From positions 1 through 41,139 of the forward strand of contig JBDKEX010000074.1 of the NCBI GenBank assembly GCA_039798985.1: a stretch of 41,139 nucleotides of DNA, given 5' to 3'. The position numbers were made by a program, and so were the translations under genes. Source of the DNA: Pseudomonadota bacterium. GTDB lineage: Bacteria; Pseudomonadota; Gammaproteobacteria; Burkholderiales; Burkholderiaceae_C. The notes under the pieces were generated by a model. The model worked only from the letters and a program-made list of their open reading frames with translations, was not told the DNA's origin and did no database searches. Positions 27,531 to 37,883 of the stretch are shown here, piece after piece. The first letter of the stretch is position 1. Each line of letters starts with the position of its first letter.

Positions 27531-28901
27531 TCAATTCTCTTGCGGGGGCGACTTCATTTGTCGCACGGTGTCGCGGGCGTGGGGCAACCAGCCTTTGCGC
27601 CGCCAACGCCACCACATCAGGCCACCGCGCAGGCATTCGTCGGCCACATAGGCCACCCAAATGCCCGGCAAGCCAAACTGGCGGCCCAGCACGTAGGAGC
27701 CCACGCCCAGCACCAGCACCAAAGAAGCGGCGCTGGCCAGCACAGGGTAATGGATGTCGCCACTCGCGCGCAAAGTACCTATGACCACCAGGTTGTACAC
27801 CCGGCCCAGTTCCAGCGCCACCGACATCCACAGCAGGGTTTGGGCGGCCTCAATGATGGCGGGGTCTTTGGTGAACACCCGCATCAGCCATGGGGCCGAG
27901 AGGGCGGCGATCACGGCCAAACCGCCAGAGGCAATCAAGCCGCTGCGCACCCCCTTGCGCACGATGTTGTCGGCTTCACGCAGGCGCCCGGCGCCCACCA
28001 ATCGACCCACCATGATTTCGCAGGCCCAGCCAATGGCCAGGCTGATGAGCAGCACGTACTTGAGCGTTTGCAAGGTGTAGGAGTGGGTGGCCAAGGCAGC
28101 CACGCCCAAACGCGCGGTGGCCGACAGCGACACCATGAAGCCCACGCGGTATACCATTTCCAGGGCTGCGCCGGGCAGGCCAATGCGCAACACCGGCCAC
28201 AAGGTGTGCCAAGGCACCAGCCACCAGTCGCTCGCCTTGGGCCGCAAGTTCATGCGGGTTCGCCACATCCACAGGTGCAGCCCCAGCCCCAGGCAGCGGC
28301 TGACAAACCAGGCCAAGGCGTAACCGTTCAAGCCCCAGCCTTCCCAAGCGCCAACGCCCCGCATCAACAGCACCGCCAGCAGCAGGTGCGTGCCATGCAT
28401 GGCAATCATGATGAACAGCGATTCGCGTGCGTGCAAATGGGCCCGCAGTATGGCGGCCATGGTGAGGTTGTAGGCCTCCAGCGCCATGGAGGGCGCGAGC
28501 AAAGCCATGTACATGGATGCCGAGGGCCACAGCTCATCGGGGGCGTTGAGCACGTCCAGGGTGAAGGTGCTGCCGATCAACAGCCAAGCCGCCACCCCCA
28601 GCCCGGCCCAGGTGCTGGAACCCAGTGCCACCATGGCGGTGCCACGGGCCTGTTCCAGGTGCCCGCCGCCCAGCCGCTGGGTCACGACGATGCCCAGCCC
28701 GATGGCCAGCACCCGGAACACCACAAACAAGGTTTCCAGCACCTGCTGGGTCAAGCCAAAGGTGCCGGCCGCGGCATCCGACGTGTGCGAGGCCAAGTAG
28801 AGCCCAGCCATGGCCACGCTCATGCCCAGCAAAAACTCGCCCACTATGGGCACAGCAATTTTGTTGAGGCTGGGGCGAACGTAGGTGGAAGGAGGGCTCA
28901 C
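27531..28901 (-). CDS. MATE-family efflux transporter
   Basis: 456 aa and about 12 predicted TM helices. The N-terminus is KIAVPIVGEFLLGMSVAMAGLYLASH and a second-half repeat is LRIGLPGALEMVYRVGFMVSL, typical of MATE (NorM/DinF-like) internal duplication. Confidence 0.85.
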   Translation of the reverse strand: MSPPSTYVRPSLNKIAVPIVGEFLLGMSVAMAGLYLASHTSDAAAGTFGLTQQVLETLFVVFRVLAIGLGIVVTQRLGGGHLEQARGTAMVALGSSTWAGLGVAAWLLIGSTFTLDVLNAPDELWPSASMYMALLAPSMALEAYNLTMAAILRAHLHARESLFIMIAMHGTHLLLAVLLMRGVGAWEGWGLNGYALAWFVSRCLGLGLHLWMWRTRMNLRPKASDWWLVPWHTLWPVLRIGLPGAALEMVYRVGFMVSLSATARLGVAALATHSYTLQTLKYVLLISLAIGWACEIMVGRLVGAGRLREADNIVRKGVRSGLIASGGLAVIAALSAPWLMRVFTKDPAIIEAAQTLLWMSVALELGRVYNLVVIGTLRASGDIHYPVLASAASLVLVLGVGSYVLGRQFGLPGIWVAYVADECLRGGLMWWRWRRKGWLPHARDTVRQMKSPPQEN

Positions 28902-28926
28902 GGCAAAACGCAGTAAAACTGCGAGC

Positions 28927-30873
28927 TTACACCGCCAGCCACACCATTTGGTAGGGTTGCAATGTCAAAGGTTCGCGCAATTCTTGTCCCCGACCCGAAA
29001 TCAGGTCCACCGCCTGCGCAGGCAAGGAATGGAACTCGGTGGCGTCCAAGGTTTTCGGGTGTTCACTGAAGTTGGCCAACACCAAAATGCGCTGCGGCGT
29101 GTGGCCCGCTGCTTGCCCTGTGGTTTGCCGCAGGTAACCCAAAACCGCGGGTTGTTGCGTCCAGAAGGAGGTGAGCGAACCGCCAGCCAACACGGGCAGG
29201 TGCTTGCGCAGGCGTATCAGCTGCAGCAGGCCGCCGTAAATGCGGCCAGCGTCGGTGGTGGGGTCCAAACGTTGCTCGTAGCGCTGTGCGTCGCGCACCG
29301 GCCGGTGCACCCAGCGGCTGTCTTCGCCTTTGCCGGGTTCGTTGACATAGCCCAGGTGGTTGGGCGTGCCCACCTCGTCGCCCAGGTAAATCAGGGGAAT
29401 GCCGCCGGTGGACATGGCCACCCCGTACATCAACACCATGCGGGCGGCGGCGTGGCGGTCGCCCTGGTCCAGGCCACACAACGAGGCTGCGGTGCCGCTG
29501 ATGCGGCAATCGCCGGTGGTGGGGTTGTCTTGGAACGGCACGCCGCGGGCAAAACTGCCCGGAAAACGGTTGACGAAAAACTGGTTCAGAAACTTGCGGT
29601 GGTCAAAGCCGTTGATGCCGAACAGGGCGGCGTCTTCGTCGGCAAAGGTCCAGCCAATGTCGTCGTGGCTGCGCACGTAATTGACCCAGCCGGTGTGAGC
29701 GGGCAGGTTGTGGCGCTTTTCCAGCGCTTGCTGCAGCAGGTTGACCTCGCGGGTGGCCAGGGTGTTCCACAACAGCGCCATTTGCAGCGGGTTGTACGAC
29801 ACCTGGCATTCGGTGGTGGAGATGTAACTGGCCACGTCATCGGGGTGCACGATGGCCTCGCTTTTGAAGAGCAGCGAAGGCGCGGCAATGGCGCACAAAG
29901 CGTTGTAGGCGCGCAGCAGGTGGTGGGCTTCGGGCAGGTTCTCGCAGGGTGTGCCCAGGCGCTTCCAAACAAAGGCCACAGCGTCCATGCGCAAAAAGTC
30001 CACGCCCAGGTTGGCGATGTAAAGCATTTCGCCGGCCATGGCCTCGAACACGGCGGGGTTGCCGTAGTTCAGGTCCCACTGGTAGGTGTGGAAGGTGGTC
30101 CAGACCCAGCGGCCATCGGGCAACTGGCTGAAGGCGCCCGGGTGTTCGTCCGGGAAAATCTCGCGGGTGGTGCGCTCGTAGGCGTCCGGCATTTCCCGGT
30201 TGGGGAAGATGTAGTAATAGTCTTTGAACGCGGGGTCGCCGGCCTTCGCGGCCACGGCCCATTCGTGTTCGTCAGAGGTGTGGTTGAACACAAAGTCGAG
30301 CACCGGTGAAATGCCGGCTTCGCGCAGTTTGCGCACCAGCCGCTTGAAGTCGGCCATGGAGCCCAAGCTGCGTTTGGTGTCGCGGTAGCTGCTGACGGCG
30401 TAGCCGCCGTCGTTGTGCGGTTCGGGGCACAGGTAGGGCGGCATCAGGTGCAGGTAGGTCAAGCCCAGTTCCTGCAAATAGGGGATTTGTGCTTCCAGCC
30501 CTTTGAAGTCGCCAGCAAACAGGTCCACGTAACACACGCCGCCCAACATTTTTTCGGAATGAAACCAGTCGGGGTTGGCCTCGCGTTCGCTGTCTTGTGC
30601 CTTGAGCGCGTCGGGGCGTTCGCTCCAGGCTTCGAAAGCGGTGGTCAGCAGGCGGGTCAGTATGGCTTCAAAGTCGGCACGCTCGCCATACAAATGGGCC
30701 AGTTCGTCTCTCAGGCGGCCCAGGTGACGGCGCAGCCGCTCATCAAACGCCGCCCAGGCTTTTCGGCGGCCGAGCTGGTTTTGCAGCTGCAGCCAGACGC
30801 GGCTTTGCTGGTCGTCGGGGCCGCTCCAAGGTGCGGCCATGGCGGGGACGGGGGTTTCGGCTTGTGGGGTCAC
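28927..30873 (-). CDS. amylosucrase-type GH13 enzyme (GH13_4: amylosucrase or sucrose hydrolase)
   Basis: Colinear with Neisseria polysaccharea amylosucrase: [83 protein letters not shown]. The nucleophile block is [13 protein letters not shown], the acid/base block is [11 protein letters not shown], and [10 protein letters not shown] is present. There is no signal peptide. Confidence 0.9.
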   Translation of the reverse strand: MTPQAETPVPAMAAPWSGPDDQQSRVWLQLQNQLGRRKAWAAFDERLRRHLGRLRDELAHLYGERADFEAILTRLLTTAFEAWSERPDALKAQDSEREANPDWFHSEKMLGGVCYVDLFAGDFKGLEAQIPYLQELGLTYLHLMPPYLCPEPHNDGGYAVSSYRDTKRSLGSMADFKRLVRKLREAGISPVLDFVFNHTSDEHEWAVAAKAGDPAFKDYYYIFPNREMPDAYERTTREIFPDEHPGAFSQLPDGRWVWTTFHTYQWDLNYGNPAVFEAMAGEMLYIANLGVDFLRMDAVAFVWKRLGTPCENLPEAHHLLRAYNALCAIAAPSLLFKSEAIVHPDDVASYISTTECQVSYNPLQMALLWNTLATREVNLLQQALEKRHNLPAHTGWVNYVRSHDDIGWTFADEDAALFGINGFDHRKFLNQFFVNRFPGSFARGVPFQDNPTTGDCRISGTAASLCGLDQGDRHAAARMVLMYGVAMSTGGIPLIYLGDEVGTPNHLGYVNEPGKGEDSRWVHRPVRDAQRYEQRLDPTTDAGRIYGGLLQLIRLRKHLPVLAGGSLTSFWTQQPAVLGYLRQTTGQAAGHTPQRILVLANFSEHPKTLDATEFHSLPAQAVDLISGRGQELREPLTLQPYQMVWLAV

Positions 30874-30911
30874 GGTTTCACCATGTCACAAAGTCTTTGA
30901 ACAAAGGGGGG

Positions 30912-32630
30912 TCAAATCAGCTCAAGCACCAACGCCTCGTAGGGGCGCAGCGTCAGGTTGCCGAGCGCCACACGGGCGTGGTTGGGGTAGTTGCCGATCA
31001 ACCATTCGGCCTTGCGGCTGGCTGTGTGGTCGGGCAAATCGGCGGGCACTTCGGTGGCACCAAAGTTGCACACCACCAGCACGCATTTGTCGTCCAGGCA
31101 GCGGGTGTAGGCGTACACCTGTGGGTGGTCGGGCAGCAGCAGCGTGTAGCGGCCATCCACCATCACGGGCAGGCGCTTGCGCAGGGCGATCAGGCGGCGG
31201 TAGTAATAAAACACCGAGTCTGGGTCGGCCAGGGCTTTTTCGGCGTTGATTTGCCCTGCTCTGGGGTGGGCCGCAATCCAGGGCGTGCCGCTGGTGAAGC
31301 CGCCGTGCAGCCCGGCGCTCCAGGGCATGGGCAGGCGTGCATTGTCCCGGCCTTTGGTGTGGATCGACCGCAGGGCTTCTTCTGGCGCAATGTCGCGCTG
31401 CCCGGTGGCCACCTCGTAGAAGTTCAGGGTTTCGATGTCACGGTAATCGCCTATGCCAGGGAAGGCCACGTTGGGCACCCCCAGTTCTTCGCCTTGGTAC
31501 ACATAGGGCGTGCCTTGGTGGAAATGCAGCCAGGTGGCCAGCATTTTGGCCGATTCCACCCGATAGCGTTCGTCGTCACCAAAGCGCGACACCGGGCGCG
31601 GCTGGTCGTGGTTGCTCAGGTACAGGCTGTTCCAGCCCACGCCGTAAAGCGCTTCCTGCCAGCGCGACATGGTGTGTTTCAGGTCGCGCAAGTCCAGTGG
31701 TTTGAGCGCCCATTTGCCCAGCGGGTTGCCGGGCTGGCTGTCCAAGTCCATGTGCTCGAACTGGAACAACATGTTCAGCGAACCGGTTTGCGGGTGCGTG
31801 ATGTCGCGGCCCTGCTGCACCGTGGCCATGGGCGCTTCGCCCACGGTCAGAGTGGGGTAGTGGTCCAGCACCTCGCGCCGCATTTCGCCCAAAAATTCAT
31901 TCAACCGGGGGCCGTTGCAGGTCAGCGCAAAACCCGGTTGCAAAAAGCCCTCGCGCACCACCGGTGCATCCGGCAAGGTGCCATCGGCTTTCCAGGGCTT
32001 ACTGATCATGTTGATCACGTCCATGCGAAAGCCGTCCACCCCTTTGTCCAACCAGAAGCGCATCAAGGCATAAACCTCTTGCCGCACCTGGGGGTTTTCC
32101 CAGTTCAGGTCGGGCTGCTTCCTGCTGAACATGTGCAGGTAGAACTCGCCCGTGGGCTCGTTCCACTCCCACACCGAACCCTGGAAAGCGGCTTCCCAGT
32201 TGTTGGGGGGCGAGCCGTCGGCCTGGGGTTCGGCCCACAAAAAATAGCCGTGGTAGGGGTTGCTGCGGCTGCTGCGGGCTTGCTGGAACCAGTGGTGCTC
32301 GTCCGAGCAGTGGTTGACCACCAAATCCATCATCAGTTTGATGCCGCGCGCGTGCATGCCTGCCAGCATGGCGTCGAAATCGGCCATGGTGCCGAACTCG
32401 GGGCTTATGGCCCGGTAGTCCGAAATGTCGTAGCCGTTGTCGTCGTTGGGCGAGGCGTAGATGGGTGACAACCACACCACGCCCACGCCCAAAGCCTGCA
32501 AGTAGTCCAGCTTGCCGGTGATGCCCGGCAAGTCGCCTATCCCGTCGCCGTTGCTGTCGCAAAAGCTGCGCGGATAGATTTGGTAAACCGTGTCCTGCTT
32601 CCAGCGCTGTGCTGGCGGCAGTCCTGTCAT
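30912..32630 (-). CDS. GH13 alpha-glucosidase (oligo-1,6-glucosidase / TreC-like subfamily)
   Basis: It has [23 protein letters not shown] and [14 protein letters not shown]. The nucleophile block is [15 protein letters not shown], the acid/base block is TVGEAP, and [16 protein letters not shown] is present. 572 aa. There is an ATGA overlap with the upstream ATPase gene. Confidence 0.9.
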   Translation of the reverse strand: MTGLPPAQRWKQDTVYQIYPRSFCDSNGDGIGDLPGITGKLDYLQALGVGVVWLSPIYASPNDDNGYDISDYRAISPEFGTMADFDAMLAGMHARGIKLMMDLVVNHCSDEHHWFQQARSSRSNPYHGYFLWAEPQADGSPPNNWEAAFQGSVWEWNEPTGEFYLHMFSRKQPDLNWENPQVRQEVYALMRFWLDKGVDGFRMDVINMISKPWKADGTLPDAPVVREGFLQPGFALTCNGPRLNEFLGEMRREVLDHYPTLTVGEAPMATVQQGRDITHPQTGSLNMLFQFEHMDLDSQPGNPLGKWALKPLDLRDLKHTMSRWQEALYGVGWNSLYLSNHDQPRPVSRFGDDERYRVESAKMLATWLHFHQGTPYVYQGEELGVPNVAFPGIGDYRDIETLNFYEVATGQRDIAPEEALRSIHTKGRDNARLPMPWSAGLHGGFTSGTPWIAAHPRAGQINAEKALADPDSVFYYYRRLIALRKRLPVMVDGRYTLLLPDHPQVYAYTRCLDDKCVLVVCNFGATEVPADLPDHTASRKAEWLIGNYPNHARVALGNLTLRPYEALVLELI

Positions 32631-33763
32631 TGGGGCAACTCCACCGTGCGTTCGTAGGCGTCTCCGGCTGCATTGAAAAGGTGCAGGTGTTCTGCCGGGG
32701 CCAACACATGCACTTGTTCGCCCGCCTTGATGCCGGTGGTTCCGTCGAGCTTGACGGTGATCATGGACGTGTCGGCACTGTGTTCAATGTAGAGCAGCGA
32801 GGATTCGCCCAGCTTTTCGATGTGCGTGACCTTGCCAGGGAAGGTGTTGGGCAGGTTGCCGTCTGCCACGATTTGCATGTTTTCCGGGCGCAGGCCGAGG
32901 TGGATGTCGGCACCTGCAGCCGCCCCTTGGGGGTTGACCGCGACATGGAAATGACGACCGCCCACCGACACTTCGGCGCTGTTGCCATGGGAGGCCACCA
33001 CCTTGCCTGGCACCACGTTCATTTTGGGCGAACCAATGAACTCGGCCACAAACAAGCTGTTGGGGCGGTGGTACAAATCCATCGGGGTGCCCACCTGGGC
33101 CACACTGCCGTGCGTGGCAATGCTGTCGCCCGAGCGCAGCAACACAATCTTGTCGGCCAAGGTCATGGCTTCCACCTGGTCGTGGGTCACGTAAATCATG
33201 CTGGCGGTGCCAATGCGTTCGTGCAGGCGGGCAATTTCCAAACGGGTTTGCACGCGCAGCGCGGCGTCCAGGTTCGACAAAGGTTCGTCAAACAAGAACA
33301 CGCGGGGCTCCTTCACAATCGCACGGCCAATGGCCACACGCTGGCGCTGGCCACCCGACAGGGCCTTGGGCAAACGGTCCAGCAGGTGCGAGAGTTGCAA
33401 AATCTCGGCGGCTTCGTTCACTTTTTTGTCAATTTCGGCCAAGTTGGCGCCGAACACCTTCAGTCCAAAGCCCATGTTTTCGCGCACAGTCATGTGCGGG
33501 TAGAGCGCGTAGCTCTGGAACACCATGGCCACCCCGCGGCGGGCCGGGGGCAAGTCGTTCACCCGCTCGCCGCCGATCAGCAAGTCGCCGCTGGTGATGT
33601 CTTCCAGGCCGGCCACCATGCGCAAAAGGGTGGATTTGCCACAACCCGAGGGCCCCACGAAAACACAAAACTCGCCGTCTTCAATGGTGAGGTTGGCGTT
33701 GTTGATGGTGAGCGAAGTGGGCGTGTAACGCTTGACGACGTTGCGAAATTCAATTTTTGACAT
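32627..33763 (-). CDS. aglK: alpha-glucoside ABC transporter ATP-binding protein (MalK type)
   Basis: The start is moved to [13 protein letters not shown], preceded by [29 protein letters not shown] and [12 protein letters not shown] are present. The symbol is assigned by synteny with the Sinorhizobium meliloti aglEFGAK operon. The tracked ORF's 67-aa extension overlaps the upstream gene. Confidence 0.88.
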   Translation of the reverse strand: MSKIEFRNVVKRYTPTSLTINNANLTIEDGEFCVFVGPSGCGKSTLLRMVAGLEDITSGDLLIGGERVNDLPPARRGVAMVFQSYALYPHMTVRENMGFGLKVFGANLAEIDKKVNEAAEILQLSHLLDRLPKALSGGQRQRVAIGRAIVKEPRVFLFDEPLSNLDAALRVQTRLEIARLHERIGTASMIYVTHDQVEAMTLADKIVLLRSGDSIATHGSVAQVGTPMDLYHRPNSLFVAEFIGSPKMNVVPGKVVASHGNSAEVSVGGRHFHVAVNPQGAAAGADIHLGLRPENMQIVADGNLPNTFPGKVTHIEKLGESSLLYIEHSADTSMITVKLDGTTGIKAGEQVHVLAPAEHLHLFNAAGDAYERTVELPQ

Positions 33764-33776
33764 GGAAGGTGACTCC

Positions 33777-35444
33777 TTAATACGTGGCGAACAGGCCGCC
33801 CCAGGGTTCAAACACGGCGTCGCCGCCATCAATATGGGTGCCACTGACACCGCTGTTGCTTGCCAGTGTGGCTTGGGTGCAATGATCGGGCAACGTCCAG
33901 CGCAAGGCCTCGCCGCTGAAGTTGAACGCGCACAGCATGCGTTGACCGGCGCTTTCGCGCACATAAGCCAACACCTGTGGGTGTTGTGGCAGCAGGGTCA
34001 AATTGCCCTGAATCAGAGCGGGTTGGCCACGACGCCAGCGCAGCAGCTGTTGGTACGCGGCCAGCACAGAACCTGCATCGTGGATTTGCGTGTTCACAGC
34101 AAACGGGCGCTGTTTTTCAGAATAAGGCAACCAGGGCTTGACGGCCTGAGGCGTTCCGGCCCAGCCCAAATCGGCCCGGTCAGAATCCCATGGAAACGGC
34201 GTGCGGCAGCCGTCACGGCCCTTGAATTCGGGCCACATGGTGATGCCATAGGGGTCTTGCAAATCCTCAAAAGCCACATCGGCTTCGGGCAAGCCCAACT
34301 CGTCGCCTTGGTAAATACAGGAGGCGCCCCGCAGGCTCAGCTGCATGGCCGCAGCCAGTTTGGCCAAACGGGTGGGCGGGTTGTCGCCGCCCCAGCGGGT
34401 CGCAATGCGCTTGCAATCGTGGTTGGAAATGGCCCAGCAAGCCCAGCCTTTGTCGGCGGTGGGCGCCACGTTTTCAAACTTGGCAATCACACTGTGCAGG
34501 TGGGGTGCGTCGCTGCGGTCTGACAGCAAATCGAAGCAATAGCCCATGTGCAGTTTGTCGCCATCGGCCGAATACTGCGCCACCATGGTCATGCCCGATT
34601 CGTCGCCAATCTCGCCCACCATGGTGGTGTCGGGGTATTGGTCCACCAAATCGCGCAAGCGCTTCAAAAATTCCAGCGCTTCGGGCCGGCTGCGGTCGTA
34701 CAGGTGACGCTGCCAGGCGTAGGGGTTGCTGGCCGGCGCTGTCGGGTTGCTGCCGTCGGGCTCGCCCAAACCGGGGTTGCTGCGCAGCTCGGCATCGTGG
34801 AAGCAGAAGTTGATGGCGTCCAGGCGGTAGCCATCCACCCCAAAATCGAGCCAGAACTTGACCGACGCCAGCAACGCTTCTTGCACTTGCGGGTTGTGGA
34901 AGTTCAAATCTGGCTGACTGGTCAAAAAATTGTGCAGGTAATACTGCTTGCGGCGGGTGTCCCACTGCCAGCTGCTGCCTCCGAACACGCTCAACCAGTT
35001 GTTGGGCGGGGTGCCGTCGTCCTTGGCGTCGGCCCACACAAACCAGTCGGCTTTTGGGTTGTTGCGGCTGCTGCGGCTCTCCACAAACCAGGGGTGTTGG
35101 TCGGAACAATGCGACAACACCTGGTCGATGATGACTTTCAAGCCCAGTTGGTGGGCCCGGTCCACCAGGGCTTTGAAATCGCCCAGCGAGCCAAACATGG
35201 GGTCGATGTCGTTGTAGTCGCTGACGTCGTAGCCAAAGTCCTTCATCGGGGACTTGAAGATGGGCGACAACCAGATCGCATCCACGCCCAATTGGGCCAC
35301 GTAGTCCAGGTGCTGGGTGATGCCTGGCAAGTCACCAATGCCGTCGCCGTTGCTGTCGGCAAAACTGCGCGGGTAAATTTGGTAGATGGCCGCGCTGCGC
35401 CACCACCCGCTGTTCTTGGCTTTGCGGCTTGGGGTCGGGTTCAT
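33777..35444 (-). CDS. aglA: GH13 alpha-glucosidase, AglA-like (tandem copy 2)
   Basis: It has [38 protein letters not shown] and [27 protein letters not shown]. The nucleophile block is [16 protein letters not shown], the acid/base block is MVGEIGD, and SNHDCKR is present. 555 aa. It closely resembles S. meliloti AglA as I recall it. Confidence 0.9.
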   Translation of the reverse strand: MNPTPSRKAKNSGWWRSAAIYQIYPRSFADSNGDGIGDLPGITQHLDYVAQLGVDAIWLSPIFKSPMKDFGYDVSDYNDIDPMFGSLGDFKALVDRAHQLGLKVIIDQVLSHCSDQHPWFVESRSSRNNPKADWFVWADAKDDGTPPNNWLSVFGGSSWQWDTRRKQYYLHNFLTSQPDLNFHNPQVQEALLASVKFWLDFGVDGYRLDAINFCFHDAELRSNPGLGEPDGSNPTAPASNPYAWQRHLYDRSRPEALEFLKRLRDLVDQYPDTTMVGEIGDESGMTMVAQYSADGDKLHMGYCFDLLSDRSDAPHLHSVIAKFENVAPTADKGWACWAISNHDCKRIATRWGGDNPPTRLAKLAAAMQLSLRGASCIYQGDELGLPEADVAFEDLQDPYGITMWPEFKGRDGCRTPFPWDSDRADLGWAGTPQAVKPWLPYSEKQRPFAVNTQIHDAGSVLAAYQQLLRWRRGQPALIQGNLTLLPQHPQVLAYVRESAGQRMLCAFNFSGEALRWTLPDHCTQATLASNSGVSGTHIDGGDAVFEPWGGLFATY

Positions 35445-37045
35445 GGCAGATCCGTGATCAGCACGCCGTAGGGGGGCAATTCGGCCACGTGCGCCAATTC
35501 AGTGGCGTGCCATTGCACAGCGTCTGGGCTCATGTTGAAGGCGCACAACACGCGCTGGCCTTGGTGTTGCCGAACAAACGCAAACACCTGGTCGTGCGCA
35601 GGCAGCAGGGTTTGGTCGCCGTGCAAAATCGCGGATTGGCCCCGGCGCCAGGCCAGGAAATCGCGGTAGTAACTCAGCAGAGAATCGGGTTGGCCGGTTT
35701 GCTGGTCCACCGCCAGTGCTCGGTGGCTTTCGGCCACGGGCAGCCAAGGTTTTGCGGGCTGCGCTGCGCTGGAAAAACCCAAATCCGCTGCCTGGGCCGA
35801 CCAGGGAAAGGGCGTGCGGCACCCGTCACGGCCTTTGAATTCGGGCCACATGGCAATGCCATACGGGTCTTGCAAGTCCTCAAACGCCACATCGGCTTCG
35901 GGCAAGCCCAGCTCATCGCCTTGGTAAATGCAGGCGCTGCCGCGCAGGGTCAGTTGCAAAGCCGCCGCCGCGCGCAGCAGGCGGGGGTCGGCGTTGCGCC
36001 CGCCCCAGCGGGTGGCCACACGGGGAATGTCGTGGTTGGTGATGGCCCAGCATGGCCAACCGTTGCCCACCACTTGGTCAAAGCGGCTGAAAACACTGTG
36101 CAAAAAGCGCGCGCTGTGTGCTTCGCCCAGCAAGTCGAAGCAGTAAGCCATGTGCAGCATGGGCAGGCCGTCTGGGCCCGGGCTGGTGTATTCGGCCACA
36201 CGGGCCAGGCCGTCGTCATCGCCTATTTCACCCACCATGGTGGTGTCGGGGTATTGGTCCACCAAGGCCCGCAGGCGTTGCAAGAAGGCCAAGTTCTCTG
36301 GGCGGCTTTTGTCGTAGACGTGCCACTGCCAGGCGTAGGGGTTGGTGGTGGGCACTGCCGGGTCGCTGCCATCGGGGGCGCCGCGCGCCGGGTTGCTGCG
36401 CAGTTGCTGGTCGTGGAAGTAGAAGTTCACCACGTCCAGCCGGTAGCCGTCCACGCCAAAATCCAGCCAAAACTTCACGCAGTCCAGCACGGCCTGCTGC
36501 ACCTCGGGGTTGTGAAAATTGAGGTCGGGCTGGCTGGTCAAAAAGTTGTGCAGGTAATACTGTTTGCGGCGGGTGTCCCACTGCCAGGCGCTGCCACCAA
36601 AAATGCTCAACCAGTTGTTGGGCGGGGTGCCGTCCTCCTGGGCATCGGCCCACACATACCAGTCGGCTTTGGCGTTGTCCCGGCTGCTGCGGCTTTCTAT
36701 GAACCAAGGGTGCTGGTCGGCCGTGTGTGAGTACACCTGGTCGATCATTACTTTCAGGCCCAGTTCGTGGGCGCGGTCCACCAAGGCGCGGAAGTCGGCC
36801 AGCGTGCCAAACATCGGGTCGACATCGCGGTAGTCGCTGATGTCGTAGCCGAAGTCCTTCATCGGGCTTTTGAAAAAGGGCGACAACCAGATGCCATCGG
36901 CCCCCAGTTGGGCAATGTGGTCCAGCCGTGCGGTGATGCCGGGCAGGTCGCCCACACCATCGCCGTTGCTGTCGGCAAAACTGCGGGGGTAGATCTGGTA
37001 GATCACCCCGCCGCGCCACCAGTTGCTGTTGGGGGCTTGGCTCAT
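35441..37045 (-). CDS. aglA: GH13 alpha-glucosidase, AglA-like (tandem copy 1)
   Basis: Paralog of the adjacent gene, with roughly two-thirds of residues identical by eye. It has [56 protein letters not shown] and TNHDIPR. 534 aa. There is an ATGA overlap with copy 2. Confidence 0.9.
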   Translation of the reverse strand: MSQAPNSNWWRGGVIYQIYPRSFADSNGDGVGDLPGITARLDHIAQLGADGIWLSPFFKSPMKDFGYDISDYRDVDPMFGTLADFRALVDRAHELGLKVMIDQVYSHTADQHPWFIESRSSRDNAKADWYVWADAQEDGTPPNNWLSIFGGSAWQWDTRRKQYYLHNFLTSQPDLNFHNPEVQQAVLDCVKFWLDFGVDGYRLDVVNFYFHDQQLRSNPARGAPDGSDPAVPTTNPYAWQWHVYDKSRPENLAFLQRLRALVDQYPDTTMVGEIGDDDGLARVAEYTSPGPDGLPMLHMAYCFDLLGEAHSARFLHSVFSRFDQVVGNGWPCWAITNHDIPRVATRWGGRNADPRLLRAAAALQLTLRGSACIYQGDELGLPEADVAFEDLQDPYGIAMWPEFKGRDGCRTPFPWSAQAADLGFSSAAQPAKPWLPVAESHRALAVDQQTGQPDSLLSYYRDFLAWRRGQSAILHGDQTLLPAHDQVFAFVRQHQGQRVLCAFNMSPDAVQWHATELAHVAELPPYGVLITDLP

Positions 37046-37046
37046 G

Positions 37047-37883
37047 TCAGCCCTTCACAGCGCCAGCGGTCAGGCCCGACACAATCTTCTTCTGGAACAC
37101 CAGCACCAGCACCACCAGCGGGATCGTCACAATCACCGACGCCGCCATGATGCTGCCCCAGGGAATTTCGTAGGCGGTGGCACCAGAAATCATGGAAATG
37201 CCCACGGGCACCGTGCGGTTGAAGTCGTCGGACACGAAGGTCAACGCAAACAGGAATTCGTTCCAAGCGCCAATGAACGCCAACAAACCGGTGGACACCA
37301 AAGCCGGTGCCAGCAAAGGCATGAACACCTGAAAAATAATCCGCATGGGGCCACAACCGTCCATGATCGCGGCTTCTTCGAGTTCTTTGGGCAAACCGCG
37401 CATGAAGGTGGTCAACATCCACACCGTGAAGGGCAGCGTGAACACGGTGTACGGCACCACCAAGCCCATGGTGCGGTTGTACAGGCCCAGGCTTTGCATC
37501 AGTTCAAACATGCCCGAAAGCACCGCCACCTGTGGGAACATGGACACCGCCAGTATGGTCAGCAGCAGCGTGCTTTTGCCTTTGAAGGTGATGCGGCCCA
37601 AGGCGTAAGACGCTGTGATGGCCATGAACATGGAAATACACACCGTGGTGGTGGCCACCATGATCGAGTTCAACAACTGTTGACCAAAGGGTTGTTTGCC
37701 CTGGAACAGCGTGACGTAATTGGTGAAGGTGGGGTCATCCGGCAGCAGGGAGGTACTGAACAAAGCAGTACCGGTCTTCAGTGACGTGGTGATGGTGTAG
37801 ATAAACGGGTACACCGAAACAATGACCACCAAGGCCGCCAGCGCGTACAGGACGATATTGCCCCAAAGAGGACGACGGTTCAT
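37047..37883 (-). CDS. aglG: alpha-glucoside ABC transporter permease (MalG-like)
   Basis: 278 aa with EAA loop LEEAAIMDGCGPMRIIFQVFMPLLAP. The symbol is assigned by synteny. There is a 1-nt TGATG overlap with the upstream permease gene. Confidence 0.86.
   Translation of the reverse strand: MNRRPLWGNIVLYALAALVVIVSVYPFIYTITTSLKTGTALFSTSLLPDDPTFTNYVTLFQGKQPFGQQLLNSIMVATTTVCISMFMAITASYALGRITFKGKSTLLLTILAVSMFPQVAVLSGMFELMQSLGLYNRTMGLVVPYTVFTLPFTVWMLTTFMRGLPKELEEAAIMDGCGPMRIIFQVFMPLLAPALVSTGLLAFIGAWNEFLFALTFVSDDFNRTVPVGISMISGATAYEIPWGSIMAASVIVTIPLVVLVLVFQKKIVSGLTAGAVKG

Noticed and set aside
27435-30309. Two plus-strand ORFs of 493 aa and 474 aa (27435-28916 and 28885-30309)
   Set aside because: They are antisense shadows of the MATE and amylosucrase genes. 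Their translations are His/Gly/Gln/Ala-rich with no domain signatures.
30831-32468. 545-aa plus-strand ORF
   Set aside because: It is antisense to the GH13 alpha-glucosidase gene, whose catalytic blocks are intact. It is a GC artefact.
34192-34321. 130-nt patch about 92% identical (11 mismatches, counted by hand) to 35805-35934 in the other aglA copy, a possible recent gene conversion
   Set aside because: The patch encodes an almost invariant peptide ([42 protein letters not shown]). In a genome with strong GC3 codon bias, identical protein sequence alone gives near-identical DNA. Conversion cannot be claimed without a synonymous-site analysis along the whole pair.
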